A stretch of DNA of 55,665 nucleotides, the filler included, from Candidatus Hydrogenedentota bacterium (GTDB taxonomy: Bacteria; JBFMHD01): the NCBI GenBank assembly GCA_040752395.1. It is 3 parts of 3 records of this genome, joined end to end, with 100 filler letters (N's around TTAATTAATTAA, not from the genome) between each part and the next. Parts side by side here need not be neighbours in the genome. Positions count along the whole stretch, not along the records: positions 12,530 to 43,139 come from JBFMHD010000007.1; positions 43,240 to 55,665 come from JBFMHD010000070.1; 1 more part is not named here. One strand, written 5' to 3'. This document shows, one piece after another, positions 39,001 to 45,077 of the stretch. The notes beneath the pieces are model-generated. The model did not search any database. It was not told the DNA's origin and saw only the letters and a list, made by a program, of their open reading frames with translations. Positions within the stretch are counted from its first letter, which is position 1. Every line of letters starts with the position of its first letter. Position numbers and translations under genes: made by a program.

Positions 39001-41347
39001 TATCTGGTATGCTGGTGTTGCTGCTACTGACCTTGCAGGTAATATCAGTGATACTTCAAGTATTATAACTTTTTGTAGGGATGCAACCGTTCCTTCGTTT
39101 GTAAGCAAATATCCTGATAATAATTACGTCCTATCTGATTCCTCGGTTTATATAACAATCTCCTGTACAGACTCATTATCTCTACCTGATTCTTTCTACT
39201 TTACCTTGCTTATTGACACAGGCGCAGGTTACACTGATGTCGGTTCCCAGATGACGAAATACGATACCGGGTTTAGATATAGACCTGCTAAAGGATACTT
39301 TGATTCAGGAACTATTATTTATGTAGGATATATTTACGATCGTGCTCATAATGTTAATGTTTGTACCGTCTCATTTCGGATTGATACAGCATCTGTCCCG
39401 ATCTCTATTATCTCACCTGTTGATACTTATATAAAATATGTTTATTTAGATGTCACTATTTTTTCAGAGATCAGCGATACTATATATCTGTTTTTAGATA
39501 ACAATCTATACTCATATAAATTATTAACTACTCAAACATATACTTTTTATGCGGTCCCTCTAATCACTCAGGGCTGGCATACGTTAAAAGCCTGTGCTGT
39601 AAATAATTTAGGCGTATGGTCTGATACAATCACAAAATTGGTCTATCTTGACACCACTCCACCCCCTGCGCCGGTTCTTATAAGTGTTACACCTGATACC
39701 TGGACAGGAATCGACTCATTCACTATAAAATGGATAGCTGTTAATGACTCCTCTGGTATTTTATATTATTACTATATCCTAGACAATCTGCTTCTTGATA
39801 CTTCAGGTGGTATAAAAACAACTGATACCCAGATACAGATACAAATCGGGTTTTCGCAAGGTATCCATAAACTTTATCTCTATTCTCAGGACAAAGCAGG
39901 GAATATCGATACTTCACAATATACCATTGTCACTCTTTACCTTAATTCAAATGCTCCATCACTTTATATCACTTCACCTGTAAATAATGGTTATATCCAG
40001 AATTTAACTGTCACAGGAACTATAACAGACCCTGAAGATACGCCTGTAATTGTATATGTCCTGGTTGATGGGGCTGATACCACGCAGGCATCTGTAAGCT
40101 CACAGGGCACCTGGGCTGTAACAGTAATAATAACCTCTGCTGGCTGGCATACTATCAAAGCTTATGCAGTAGATAATTCGAATAATACCGCTTCTTATGA
40201 AGTAGTAGCTTTTTACGATACCTCTACTCCATCAATCGCAATTACACCTTTCGCAGTTATTGATACTAAAACATCAGTAGTTGTAACAGGCTCCTTGATT
40301 GATTCTGATATTATAGCAATAACATTAAAACAGAACAATGATACCACCTATAATGCTTCGGTTAATACTCAAGCAAAAACTTTTAGTGCAACTCTTACTC
40401 TTACAGATGGTGAAAACATATTCTATATTGACAGCTCAGACAGCAGTGGTAACCATTCCTATGATACAATCTATATATACAAAGTAGATAATGCATTGAC
40501 TTATGATACTGTAAAAGGATATTCGATTATCCCATCGTTCACACAATTCGATACATATTCTGCAGGCGTTAATATCCAAGGAACCACTACTATTGAGGTT
40601 CAAATCCCGATTTATGATTTTACTATGGGTCAATATCTGGACACTTACATAATAAAATGTTGTTTTGCTGATACTACCACAGCCTTCCTCACTCACAGAG
40701 CTGATACTACAAGCTTATTATCTGCATTAAATACTGATGATTATAGATTATTATCATTTACTCTTTATGAATTTAAGGTGCTTAATCGAGAAGGGGCAGA
40801 CATAGGTAACGATTCTTCAAAACTACTCTCTGCAACACTTATCTATAAAACATCTCGTTCACAGATCGCTGGTAAAGATGTAACGACTCTTAAAGTATTT
40901 TATTACAACCCTTTAACAGCGACTTTTGAATCTGTTAGCTCGTCGTACAGTTCTCTTGAAGGCGGTATAGTTACTTCTTTATCGCATCTTTCAATATTTG
41001 GTATTTTTCCGGGTGCAACCGCGGCACAGCCGTCGTTATCAAATCTAATAATTTATCCAAACCCGTTTAAACCTAATGACGGCGATGCTAATACGGGTCG
41101 ATGGTATGTTGCTGGCGATTTTACGACTGGTATCATATTCGATAGATTAACTGATGATGTAACGATAAAAATATTTACGATTACAGGTCAAAAAGTAATC
41201 GAACGCAGAATTACAAATACAGGCATCGCCCATTGGGACGTCCGTAACGACCAGGGCGATATCGTTGCATCAGGTGTTTATATAGCAGTTGTCGAAGATA
41301 ACAAAGGTCGTGGCAGAGTTATTAAGAAGATTGCAATAATAAAGTAG
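27089..41347 (+). CDS. Giant secreted multidomain alpha-glucan-active enzyme (two GH57/GH119-like domains, CBMs, FN3/Ig arrays, T9SS-like CTD)
   Basis: Domain 1 has WHMDQP, FPSEIAF and SHDGDN. Domain 2 has LHANQ, WTPERV and VFDDWE. Also WDNNNGQNY (CBM25-like), LEYKYVING (CBM20-like), three SQDNDVWW-type modules (CBM34-like), many FN3 repeats and a YPNPF...WD...ASGVY...KKIAIIK C-terminus. Start codon uncertain. Confidence 0.85.
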   Translation: MNSLYARLFVRLFKIFLPMPLYLFCAFVPLYLCTHLYANNSVHTTYLWHMDQPIYWPDRHSSGNRYEYAWDSIQAKDGGRTNPLNDVRAIFSLDDRVAAYQWRPKDSIGTVLWHPDAGAQINYSACLIENVRSLGDAYQLGYSPTWYSGYREGRNWSTSGGKPRLDIVLFTFHHILPGLSDPIVVQREIEIYKQIYPDAWGTTPGLSKGYFPSEIAFSERLIPVLVQQGIEWVVVSNSHISRCIENFPLVLGTGGENTEPPNRADIINPAQNNWFRMQIDRGCSPCNAYPYSMRPHYAKYVDPNTGTEYKIIVVPTEQAMSWKDGYQTYGTQDIDGIAWANEPATPMLIVFSHDGDNAYGGGYSYYMESVPSFVSQANSKGYSPTTIQQYLTDHPVDPADIVHVEDGPWVNADGDMGSPTYCNWNWPLMSQTGTVDIANGWAEDERNWAVFTAALNRIVTAEQVFGAPPDPRKIIYPWEGANNLELAWHFYLGGTNSGFMYYGKALDMEVKPTISSNEAVYHADLILGSNPNDLTPPTIWLPQRYPYNPGSLNFGAIYNYKQYYAPRDFWVWTFIYDLSGIQSVTLKYRIDNDGVNPLSSNQNEVYQDGTEVGTWRSLPMTQRVFPKDNVYNDPEIDFFELPIYIADEYYVHVDRAELNSVLIDYYVEAIDSRGNITRSPIQHCYIGDGSGSGGTPQTLWTPTYPTENDLITITKNIATTDTVYLHWGVNSWTLPADYYWPSGSFQYDAQSIESPMTKTGSETYQITIGPFNQAQEVNQVNFVFHWGSTWDNNNGQNYNITVTQVPIDTQPPDTPTGLTITEKDQTIDLSWNANTEPDLAGYYIYRKAPADTTLVKLNSTPWTQTTYSDTGLTNNSVYYYRISAVDNYDTPNESGLCDTESGIPRSVDTAPPLPPTGLSTAKQTLAIKLSWSRNLETDLSGYKVYSSTISGGPYTQIADTSNTYITHTDLNPAVRYYYVVKAYDSSNNLSDTSSEVSDTPLPDPAPSAPTGLTPTPSSEKVTLTWNPNSEPDVAGYRVYYSTLSFPLILQYDTTQTTVVIYNLVNDSTYQFVVSCYDTYGSESTKSGTVTATPKDYITVHFSLDLTSITTENTVTIAGNRLTPAWSPTSNQLSVVETGSYYKIDFQFLSGDTLEYKYVINGNQWENDFSGGWSINRDITIVEHEPGIMWVHNKWNIDGDLSPGSPTGLTPTDLPNSIKLEWLENSEFDRRGYIVLVDTDGSFDSLSIVSDNYITISNMNPGDTALFKVVCVDSAFNVSGYSSTITGTAGGNAPPSSPTGLNVLGVTDTAVILDWADNTEADLSGYFIYKSTTSGSNYTRVNTDTHNQSYYTVSNLTTNETYYFVVLAVDSTGLWSDTSSEVQGTPRPPDTTPPSAPANLRGTVGDKYVILYWTKSPEQDVTGYNVYRKRLTEQNFVRINTSVVTDTTYTSSGLTNNETYQFYVTALDNAYPNNESDSSNTVSLMPYAPPTFRTITIDGDFLDWIHNDVIELDGYNDDYKLYDNYDQSRDIIAIYAAEGQDNYYFRIDFYELGIFAESTYMDAVFLLDFASGGQSSLPNVTVTTDKPWEIAIVFDDVNTYKVYTPDWVDHPTDFLGAQIRSNIDCLELGIKKSLMKTYGFTDFQTINIQCYTYKDAATQITDAVADDNPWADGILNSATLSTAQTGTAKYSAILHANQSLNQGSDIADWIYDDVNLTPNGNPTGYRRALQTASLYKQSANFHISGSLAVTLAHANNSNSLKDGPTFINDVKEFVDTDQSYKPGRLITGGVFAEHIIPFFENNSGLGIYVNAKATYYKDRILKSIFDIGYQPRVYWTPERVIRGTSFDDIITDSDGSPTNYIATVIDQVTHLRDWYGITDPYKVYKINGVICFAIDDYSDQKKFWNMDDGLHIGVRELLLNKAMAADQEQLVLVFDDWEAYAGKSFASQETNDNPDNWDKTVRWLATHPWIQLITLEDILDWGWSYIDLGTNLGLGFDTYEYLKHATENSYENWYYGGFYEDDFADAVPVLRGTRYSGPTTIPSAKKYGDVYTSNTIFYETWNNIKNAAPNKLKTLAELGFIATIFETAWHDEDNVDYSRNPDGSWVYPDVTWDQISQWALKLHGKVRMNNIIAEAANWANNVKTGVIDATACASATDVDLDGENEYILYNNRVYAVFENDGGRLEFAFAYNSNDGGYGMVGVGGSNSDYEGEEEGSSNYRRCSAFKDMNNGIYVDDVYSVSVSTKSLTFTSSDGKIIKTFSLADGDKTINASYTETLTGPLYIRFGLSPNQVDMYYNGTDNIAKSGGATSGYVAVTNSAGGTARINFGSTSLNTGFSDGSPDNSNPCMTYQYEIYGDGSFTLSLTLDGGEDAATPPPEPPTNLSATPDSGSILLTWTTSVGPNLSGYFIYKSTDGSTYYKRYSDTIPGSLTQWADTGLTNGNTYWYYLTAVNTSGTEGLASSIVSGTPTANGPPTPTSGLSATPGNQTVLLKWNKNTESDLAGYNVYRGLVSGGPYTKINGSLNSDTDYLDTTVSNGVTYYYVVTAVDTADNQSAYSSETSATPNVLASQDNDVWWSHLKHDPEDSVPINNKNYRSPYQPWQYETPSIYVRSASGDLTGVSLRVWDVFQSKVISPWPTGTFIGSSGEYDYYECQIPALSGQKWYRIAVIDGTDTDWIKSDGAGNYVVSDGGEDNDPAGAIDFTYTPTPTASQDNDVWWDFLGHNPDTIVESETYYYREPINPTQNDTITIYIRAASSDLTGISLRVLDFGDSSVNWYSAQVYDTIGNYQVWVVNIPPDSDTREYRIAVVDGTDTDWLGLSAGWVTQECKQYTAWAVNGTDADADSGAEWSFKPLSSASQDNKIETDYLYFDPDSIAYSGTTYQSPLNPSLYDTIFFTIRTRRDDLSYVVIKLFISDTTTETTPITASKIFSTDIYDFYQAILNPQTDTIYYRIIVVDGSDTKYLKDNATGSFAISSTGNDNDPEGALDFIIRPLLDTTPPAIPQNLGVSNPGSGYSLDINWTPDTDADLSYYKIYRSTLPTATYSFIKSCTTNFYTDTPLLPGITYYYRVSAVDLKGNESEQSDSASNTPNDTLPPACVRLASPQNGASTNDTTPLLVWTTTYDYGSCIKYYRIQLDNDTYFLSIIINDTTTASDTDYQITTGLGEGSYYWRVFAVDLFDNTSSIIDTFNFIIDTTAPGPVTLIKPKYYTNDTPTLFTLSGDVNRYHILISLRFDFLTTVYDTIITGTSVYLSLAENLYYFKSAGVDSTDLEGSFSQPETFILDITKPQITSISINTDTYLYKSSDTIYFNNSSNLYCTLTISFVEDYPDSAVSSSSYGNTPVDSMPDNGFDLLYYISQAETASSTVSIKVYDKSSNSDSKIIFFVRDITPPAFSISPVSDTDNNNDNYQPSYLWEDDTIIIISISASDTISGLAQNYIRASLKPGDTTDWTSSNQLVLASSYADTQILITVYTKDAVSNSSANTITINIDRTLPVISSCTFLDPGYETSYYNPIDSPIVYLYVTYTDTYPDTIILDITGITDPQADSLPVNASTFAINVSASPSADTYNITIYAIDYAGNVGLYTPPALKLDRTSPVVGTLKINNGTLNVADTTFKLTAVSWSDAHSCIKEYYASCTTPNPYLLNPDSDGIWPEFVIPDVSGTHTIYVMCIDNLRNTSSIVSITINYDSKTPVIEQINVTSDKDTYLFSNNPLLSEEDTVWFSNLPSFGANQTITINVTFRANNPDTMTADTAFNKGLQIDTTIADSYTATYTIDQSVTSNTRVIITVYEATGEKDSGIINFARDIDTPGMIKNDTYYGPYNSAPASIIDLDFYDTGVGLEYFGYGVGSPAILQKYYISGNSYTTNWQINWNDISEGTNVIYVTLSDSVGNISSGYDTFIIIKDTTKPDSPLITKPADNSCDSSVNILFTWTSVSEANTYTLIVDNNSTLLSPEYTKITTDTNKTLSLSEGIWYAGVAATDLAGNISDTSSIITFCRDATVPSFVSKYPDNNYVLSDSSVYITISCTDSLSLPDSFYFTLLIDTGAGYTDVGSQMTKYDTGFRYRPAKGYFDSGTIIYVGYIYDRAHNVNVCTVSFRIDTASVPISIISPVDTYIKYVYLDVTIFSEISDTIYLFLDNNLYSYKLLTTQTYTFYAVPLITQGWHTLKACAVNNLGVWSDTITKLVYLDTTPPPAPVLISVTPDTWTGIDSFTIKWIAVNDSSGILYYYYILDNLLLDTSGGIKTTDTQIQIQIGFSQGIHKLYLYSQDKAGNIDTSQYTIVTLYLNSNAPSLYITSPVNNGYIQNLTVTGTITDPEDTPVIVYVLVDGADTTQASVSSQGTWAVTVIITSAGWHTIKAYAVDNSNNTASYEVVAFYDTSTPSIAITPFAVIDTKTSVVVTGSLIDSDIIAITLKQNNDTTYNASVNTQAKTFSATLTLTDGENIFYIDSSDSSGNHSYDTIYIYKVDNALTYDTVKGYSIIPSFTQFDTYSAGVNIQGTTTIEVQIPIYDFTMGQYLDTYIIKCCFADTTTAFLTHRADTTSLLSALNTDDYRLLSFTLYEFKVLNREGADIGNDSSKLLSATLIYKTSRSQIAGKDVTTLKVFYYNPLTATFESVSSSYSSLEGGIVTSLSHLSIFGIFPGATAAQPSLSNLIIYPNPFKPNDGDANTGRWYVAGDFTTGIIFDRLTDDVTIKIFTITGQKVIERRITNTGIAHWDVRNDQGDIVASGVYIAVVEDNKGRGRVIKKIAIIK

Positions 41348-41410
41348 GCTACAGACTACAGGCTCCAGACTCCAGCCGGCTGTAGCCCGTAGCCTGAAGC
41401 CTCAAGCCCG
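41346..41410. repeat. Heptamer-arm hairpin directly after the stop of the giant gene
   Basis: (AGGCTAC-like)x4-AGCCGGCT-(GTAGCCT-like)x4. Confidence 0.8.
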
Positions 41411-41511
41411 AAGAGCCTGAAGTCCGAAGTTCCCCAAAGACTGAGGGAATTTTGAAACAAATTATCTTGAGCTTATTCGAAGTTTACAAAAACTTATAAA
41501 CAGGTTATTTA

Positions 41512-42903
41512 ATGAAAATTAATTTATCAATTCCCAATTTTTTGTTCTTCCGTTTCCTTTCCTGCCGTAGCCTGAAGCCCGTAGCCTGTAGCCTGTTCTT
41601 ATCTTTCTCTCTCCACGCTGCGAACAGCATCGGCCAAACCTGTGCCGAGTTCCTTAAAATCGAGGTCGGAGCTAAACCCGCTGCTATGGCCGGGGCTTAT
41701 ACCGCTTCAGGTAATGATGCCTGGGCACCTTTCTATAACCCAGCACACCTCGGCTTCTTAACAAACTATGAGATTGGGTTCCAGCATAATAACTGGTTCC
41801 AGAATATTAATCAAAACTATTTTGTAGCAATATTACCTACAAAACGCTTCGGAACATTTGGTGGTAGTTTTAATTATGTTGATTTAGGAGATTTAGAACG
41901 AACAACCATAGCCTCAGGTCAGGCAGGCCAGATACTCGGCACATTTGATGCCTCGGATATGGCTCTCTCTTTATCCTGGGGTATGAAATTTGAGAAACCG
42001 ATAAGTGTGGGCACTACTTTGAAGTGGATCCATTCAAAGATAGAATCCGAAAAAGCAGATGCAGTTGCATTTGATGTAGGTCTGAGATACAGACCATATA
42101 AAATCTGGGATCTCGGACTGACTGTCCAGAACATTGGTTCTGATATGAAATTTATCTCAGAGGGTGACCCACTGCCATGGTCTTTCCGACTTGGTAACTC
42201 TTTAAGATTTTTTGATGATAGCCTAAGTTTAAGTCTTGATATGATCAAATATCGAGCCACAGACCCTGATGTATCAGTCGGACTTGAATATGATTTACTA
42301 AAAGTAGTGGGGTTCCGCGTTGGTTATAACTCACGAAATAGCGATGTGGACCAGGGTTTAACCTGTGGTATAGGTTTTCATTATGCTGGCTTTAGTGTGG
42401 ATTACAGTTATGTTCCGTATGGTTTTCTTGGCAACAGTCACCGGCTTAGTGTGGGGTTCAGGTGGGGTGTGACTCCAAAACCACAACCTCTAACCACTAA
42501 ACCCCATCCCCCAACCGCCAAACCAAAACCTCCTACACAAAAACGCTATGACACAATAACACAAAAACCAGAAATGGTTCCACTCGAAGTATTCTACGTT
42601 CCGCGTTTTAATGGTATTAATCTACCGCAAAATGCGGTCTGGCTCGAGAGATCTGCCCAGGATTTATTAAAATCAAGATTAGGGAACAAAGGAATAAAAC
42701 TTTCAGAGACTCGCTACTCTCACTACATCCAATGCACAATCGAGTTTACTGACATCTCAACTCTGCTTATCATTGCCAAACTTTATGACAAATATGACAA
42801 TCTCATCTACACAACCAGCACCCGGGGCCCATCCTCAAAACTCATCCACCTCATCGATACTTTAAGTCTCTCTATCTTTAATCACCTAACCCAACCTCAA
42901 TAA
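41512..42903 (+). CDS. PorV/PorQ-family (UPF0164-like) outer-membrane beta-barrel with C-terminal extension
   Basis: AEFLKIEVGAKPAAMAGAY, FYNPA and DYSYVPYGFLGNSHRLSVG motifs, then a Pro/Lys linker and an extra domain. Confidence 0.88.
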   Translation: MKINLSIPNFLFFRFLSCRSLKPVACSLFLSFSLHAANSIGQTCAEFLKIEVGAKPAAMAGAYTASGNDAWAPFYNPAHLGFLTNYEIGFQHNNWFQNINQNYFVAILPTKRFGTFGGSFNYVDLGDLERTTIASGQAGQILGTFDASDMALSLSWGMKFEKPISVGTTLKWIHSKIESEKADAVAFDVGLRYRPYKIWDLGLTVQNIGSDMKFISEGDPLPWSFRLGNSLRFFDDSLSLSLDMIKYRATDPDVSVGLEYDLLKVVGFRVGYNSRNSDVDQGLTCGIGFHYAGFSVDYSYVPYGFLGNSHRLSVGFRWGVTPKPQPLTTKPHPPTAKPKPPTQKRYDTITQKPEMVPLEVFYVPRFNGINLPQNAVWLERSAQDLLKSRLGNKGIKLSETRYSHYIQCTIEFTDISTLLIIAKLYDKYDNLIYTTSTRGPSSKLIHLIDTLSLSIFNHLTQPQ

Positions 42904-43139
42904 GTAGCAAGTTCCTGCTCCTTCAATCCTGCTAATATAATCGCCATTTTTTCCTGAGTTTGACAGTTTAAAATTATAATTATAATAAAATGAGGATAAA
43001 ATTGGGGTATATGTCCAAAAAGTTTTCACTACAAACCCTAATTATTATTGATATTATTAGAATAACAGCATTAATAAAAATCTGCTGATATTGTTATAGT
43101 TGGAGGTATCTTTATCTTTAATATCCTTAATATATCATT

Positions 43140-43239
43140 NNNNNNNNNNNNNNNNNNNNNNNNNNNNNNNNNNNNNNNNNNNNTTAATTAATTAANNNNN
43201 NNNNNNNNNNNNNNNNNNNNNNNNNNNNNNNNNNNNNNN
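43140..43239. other. Artificial contig linker
   Basis: N runs around TTAATTAATTAA. Confidence 0.98.
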
Positions 43240-43288
43240 CAGGATCAAAAAAATATGTATGATTTTTCAATCGACCAGATAGATTATT

Positions 43289-43777
43289 ATGTTAATAAAG
43301 CCAGAGAATTGGGACTTGTCTGGACCACCTGAACCGAAAATTATGATAACAGATGTTATAATCCATCCGCTTAAAGTCATAGCTGATTCAAGGGGACGAG
43401 TAATGCATATGCTTCGTGCAGACTCGTCATTGTTTAAGCAATTCGGCGAAATATATTTTTCAGTGGTATACCCTGGAGTTATAAAAGGATGGAAAAAACA
43501 TTTTTTTATGACACAGCATTTTGCCGTGCCGGTAGGAAATATTAAGCTTGTTATTTATGATGACAGAGATGATTCTAAATCAAAAGGAAAGAGTCAGGAG
43601 ATTTTTATAGGTGAAAATAATTATATGATTGTAAGGATTCCGCCAATGCTCTGGTATTCGTTTGGCTCAACAGATGATAGATTTGCTTTGATAGCAAATT
43701 GTACCGACATTGTTCACGACCCGAAAGAATATATAACCAAAGATATTTCTAATAATGATATACCTTATAAATGGTGA
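43289..43777 (+). CDS. dTDP-4-dehydrorhamnose 3,5-epimerase family (cupin)
   Basis: DSRG, FGEIYFS and IKGWKKH motifs. Confidence 0.85.
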   Translation: MLIKPENWDLSGPPEPKIMITDVIIHPLKVIADSRGRVMHMLRADSSLFKQFGEIYFSVVYPGVIKGWKKHFFMTQHFAVPVGNIKLVIYDDRDDSKSKGKSQEIFIGENNYMIVRIPPMLWYSFGSTDDRFALIANCTDIVHDPKEYITKDISNNDIPYKW

Positions 43778-43850
43778 GAACCCCAACGCGGCACCCTCGA
43801 CATTACCACGGACTGTTGGGTGCTGATTTATAGCCTGTGATATCTGAAAT

Positions 43851-45074
43851 ATGATGAGAAATATAAAAACAGCCTCAGTGTTTATTATTGTTGGAATGTA
43901 TGCATTGTTAATACTGCTGCCCTTTATCTGGCTCGAAATGACACTCGCAGCAGCAGCGTCTGCGTTGCTCGGTATAGTACTCTATACCGCACTGATAGAA
44001 CTTATTTTCCGCATGATCTACCGTTGGAAACACAAGTGTGACTACATAATGATTTCCAAACTACCTTTTAATGAAATCTACCACGAGCCACATCCATACT
44101 TACCATTTGTTTACAAATCGCATGCTATGACCCAGAAAGAAATGGACTCCACATACTCGCTTCATCGTGGAGAGGGATACCGATTCGGCTGTTACACCAC
44201 AAATAATTACCGGCATTTAAATGGACCCAATGGTAGTCGCAACATCGTTATGCCTAAACCACAAGGAATGATCAGAATCAATTGTCTCGGAGACTGTATT
44301 ACTGGTAATTATATCCAATACAAGGGCGTGGAGTACAGTTATCCGCTGGAACTTGAAAAGATTGTCAAAGCCCGATATCCTGACAATAATATTGAGATTA
44401 ATAATTTCGGACTTGGATGTTACAGTAGCGCTGAGGTATTGATAGAGTTCATTCTGAGCATTATTGATACTCAACCGGATATCGTGATTCTCTATAATGG
44501 GTATAATGATTTACCAATATCACTGACGCCTAATTTTCGAAGCGACTATTCCCATGCGCGGAAGAATCTTGGTGAAGATTATTATCGGTACAAAATTGCT
44601 TCATGGTTACCGGCGTTGCCCCTGGCTTTTTATAATTATTTCGTCAACTTTTACCTCAGTCAGAATATTCGGTTTACACTATTCGGGGCGATTCAGCGGG
44701 GGTTGCCAGATTTTGACAGCGAATTCCGCGGATTAGAGACTTACCGAAGAAATACTGAACACCTCATTAATATCTGTAAGTGCAACGGTATCCACATCAT
44801 CTTGTCAACATACTGCTATAATCTGTATGAGAACGTGAAGAAAAGCAAAGTGCATCTAAAATATCTTGAAGGGACATTAAAACAGAATGAGATAGTGAGG
44901 AAACTGGCGGCAAAACATCAATGTTCCCTGGTTGATAATTATGCACTGGTTCCTGGGCTCGAAGAAAATTATATGGACAGTATTCATTTTTCACCGCGAG
45001 GAATGAGGCTGGTCGCAGAAAATATCTCAAAAGAAGTTATTAATTTGATAGAGAACATAAAAAATAGAAAATGA
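43851..45074 (+). CDS. Membrane-anchored SGNH/GDSL family protein with Cys at the nucleophile position
   Basis: Block I LGDCIT, block III YNGYND and block V DSIH. Confidence 0.8.
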   Translation: MMRNIKTASVFIIVGMYALLILLPFIWLEMTLAAAASALLGIVLYTALIELIFRMIYRWKHKCDYIMISKLPFNEIYHEPHPYLPFVYKSHAMTQKEMDSTYSLHRGEGYRFGCYTTNNYRHLNGPNGSRNIVMPKPQGMIRINCLGDCITGNYIQYKGVEYSYPLELEKIVKARYPDNNIEINNFGLGCYSSAEVLIEFILSIIDTQPDIVILYNGYNDLPISLTPNFRSDYSHARKNLGEDYYRYKIASWLPALPLAFYNYFVNFYLSQNIRFTLFGAIQRGLPDFDSEFRGLETYRRNTEHLINICKCNGIHIILSTYCYNLYENVKKSKVHLKYLEGTLKQNEIVRKLAAKHQCSLVDNYALVPGLEENYMDSIHFSPRGMRLVAENISKEVINLIENIKNRK

Positions 45075-45077
45075 TTT

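Noticed and set aside
43096-43122. Similarity of TAGTTGGAGGTATCTTTATCTTT to ~51443-51465
   Set aside because: Short, AT-rich and cut by the contig end; cannot be distinguished from chance.
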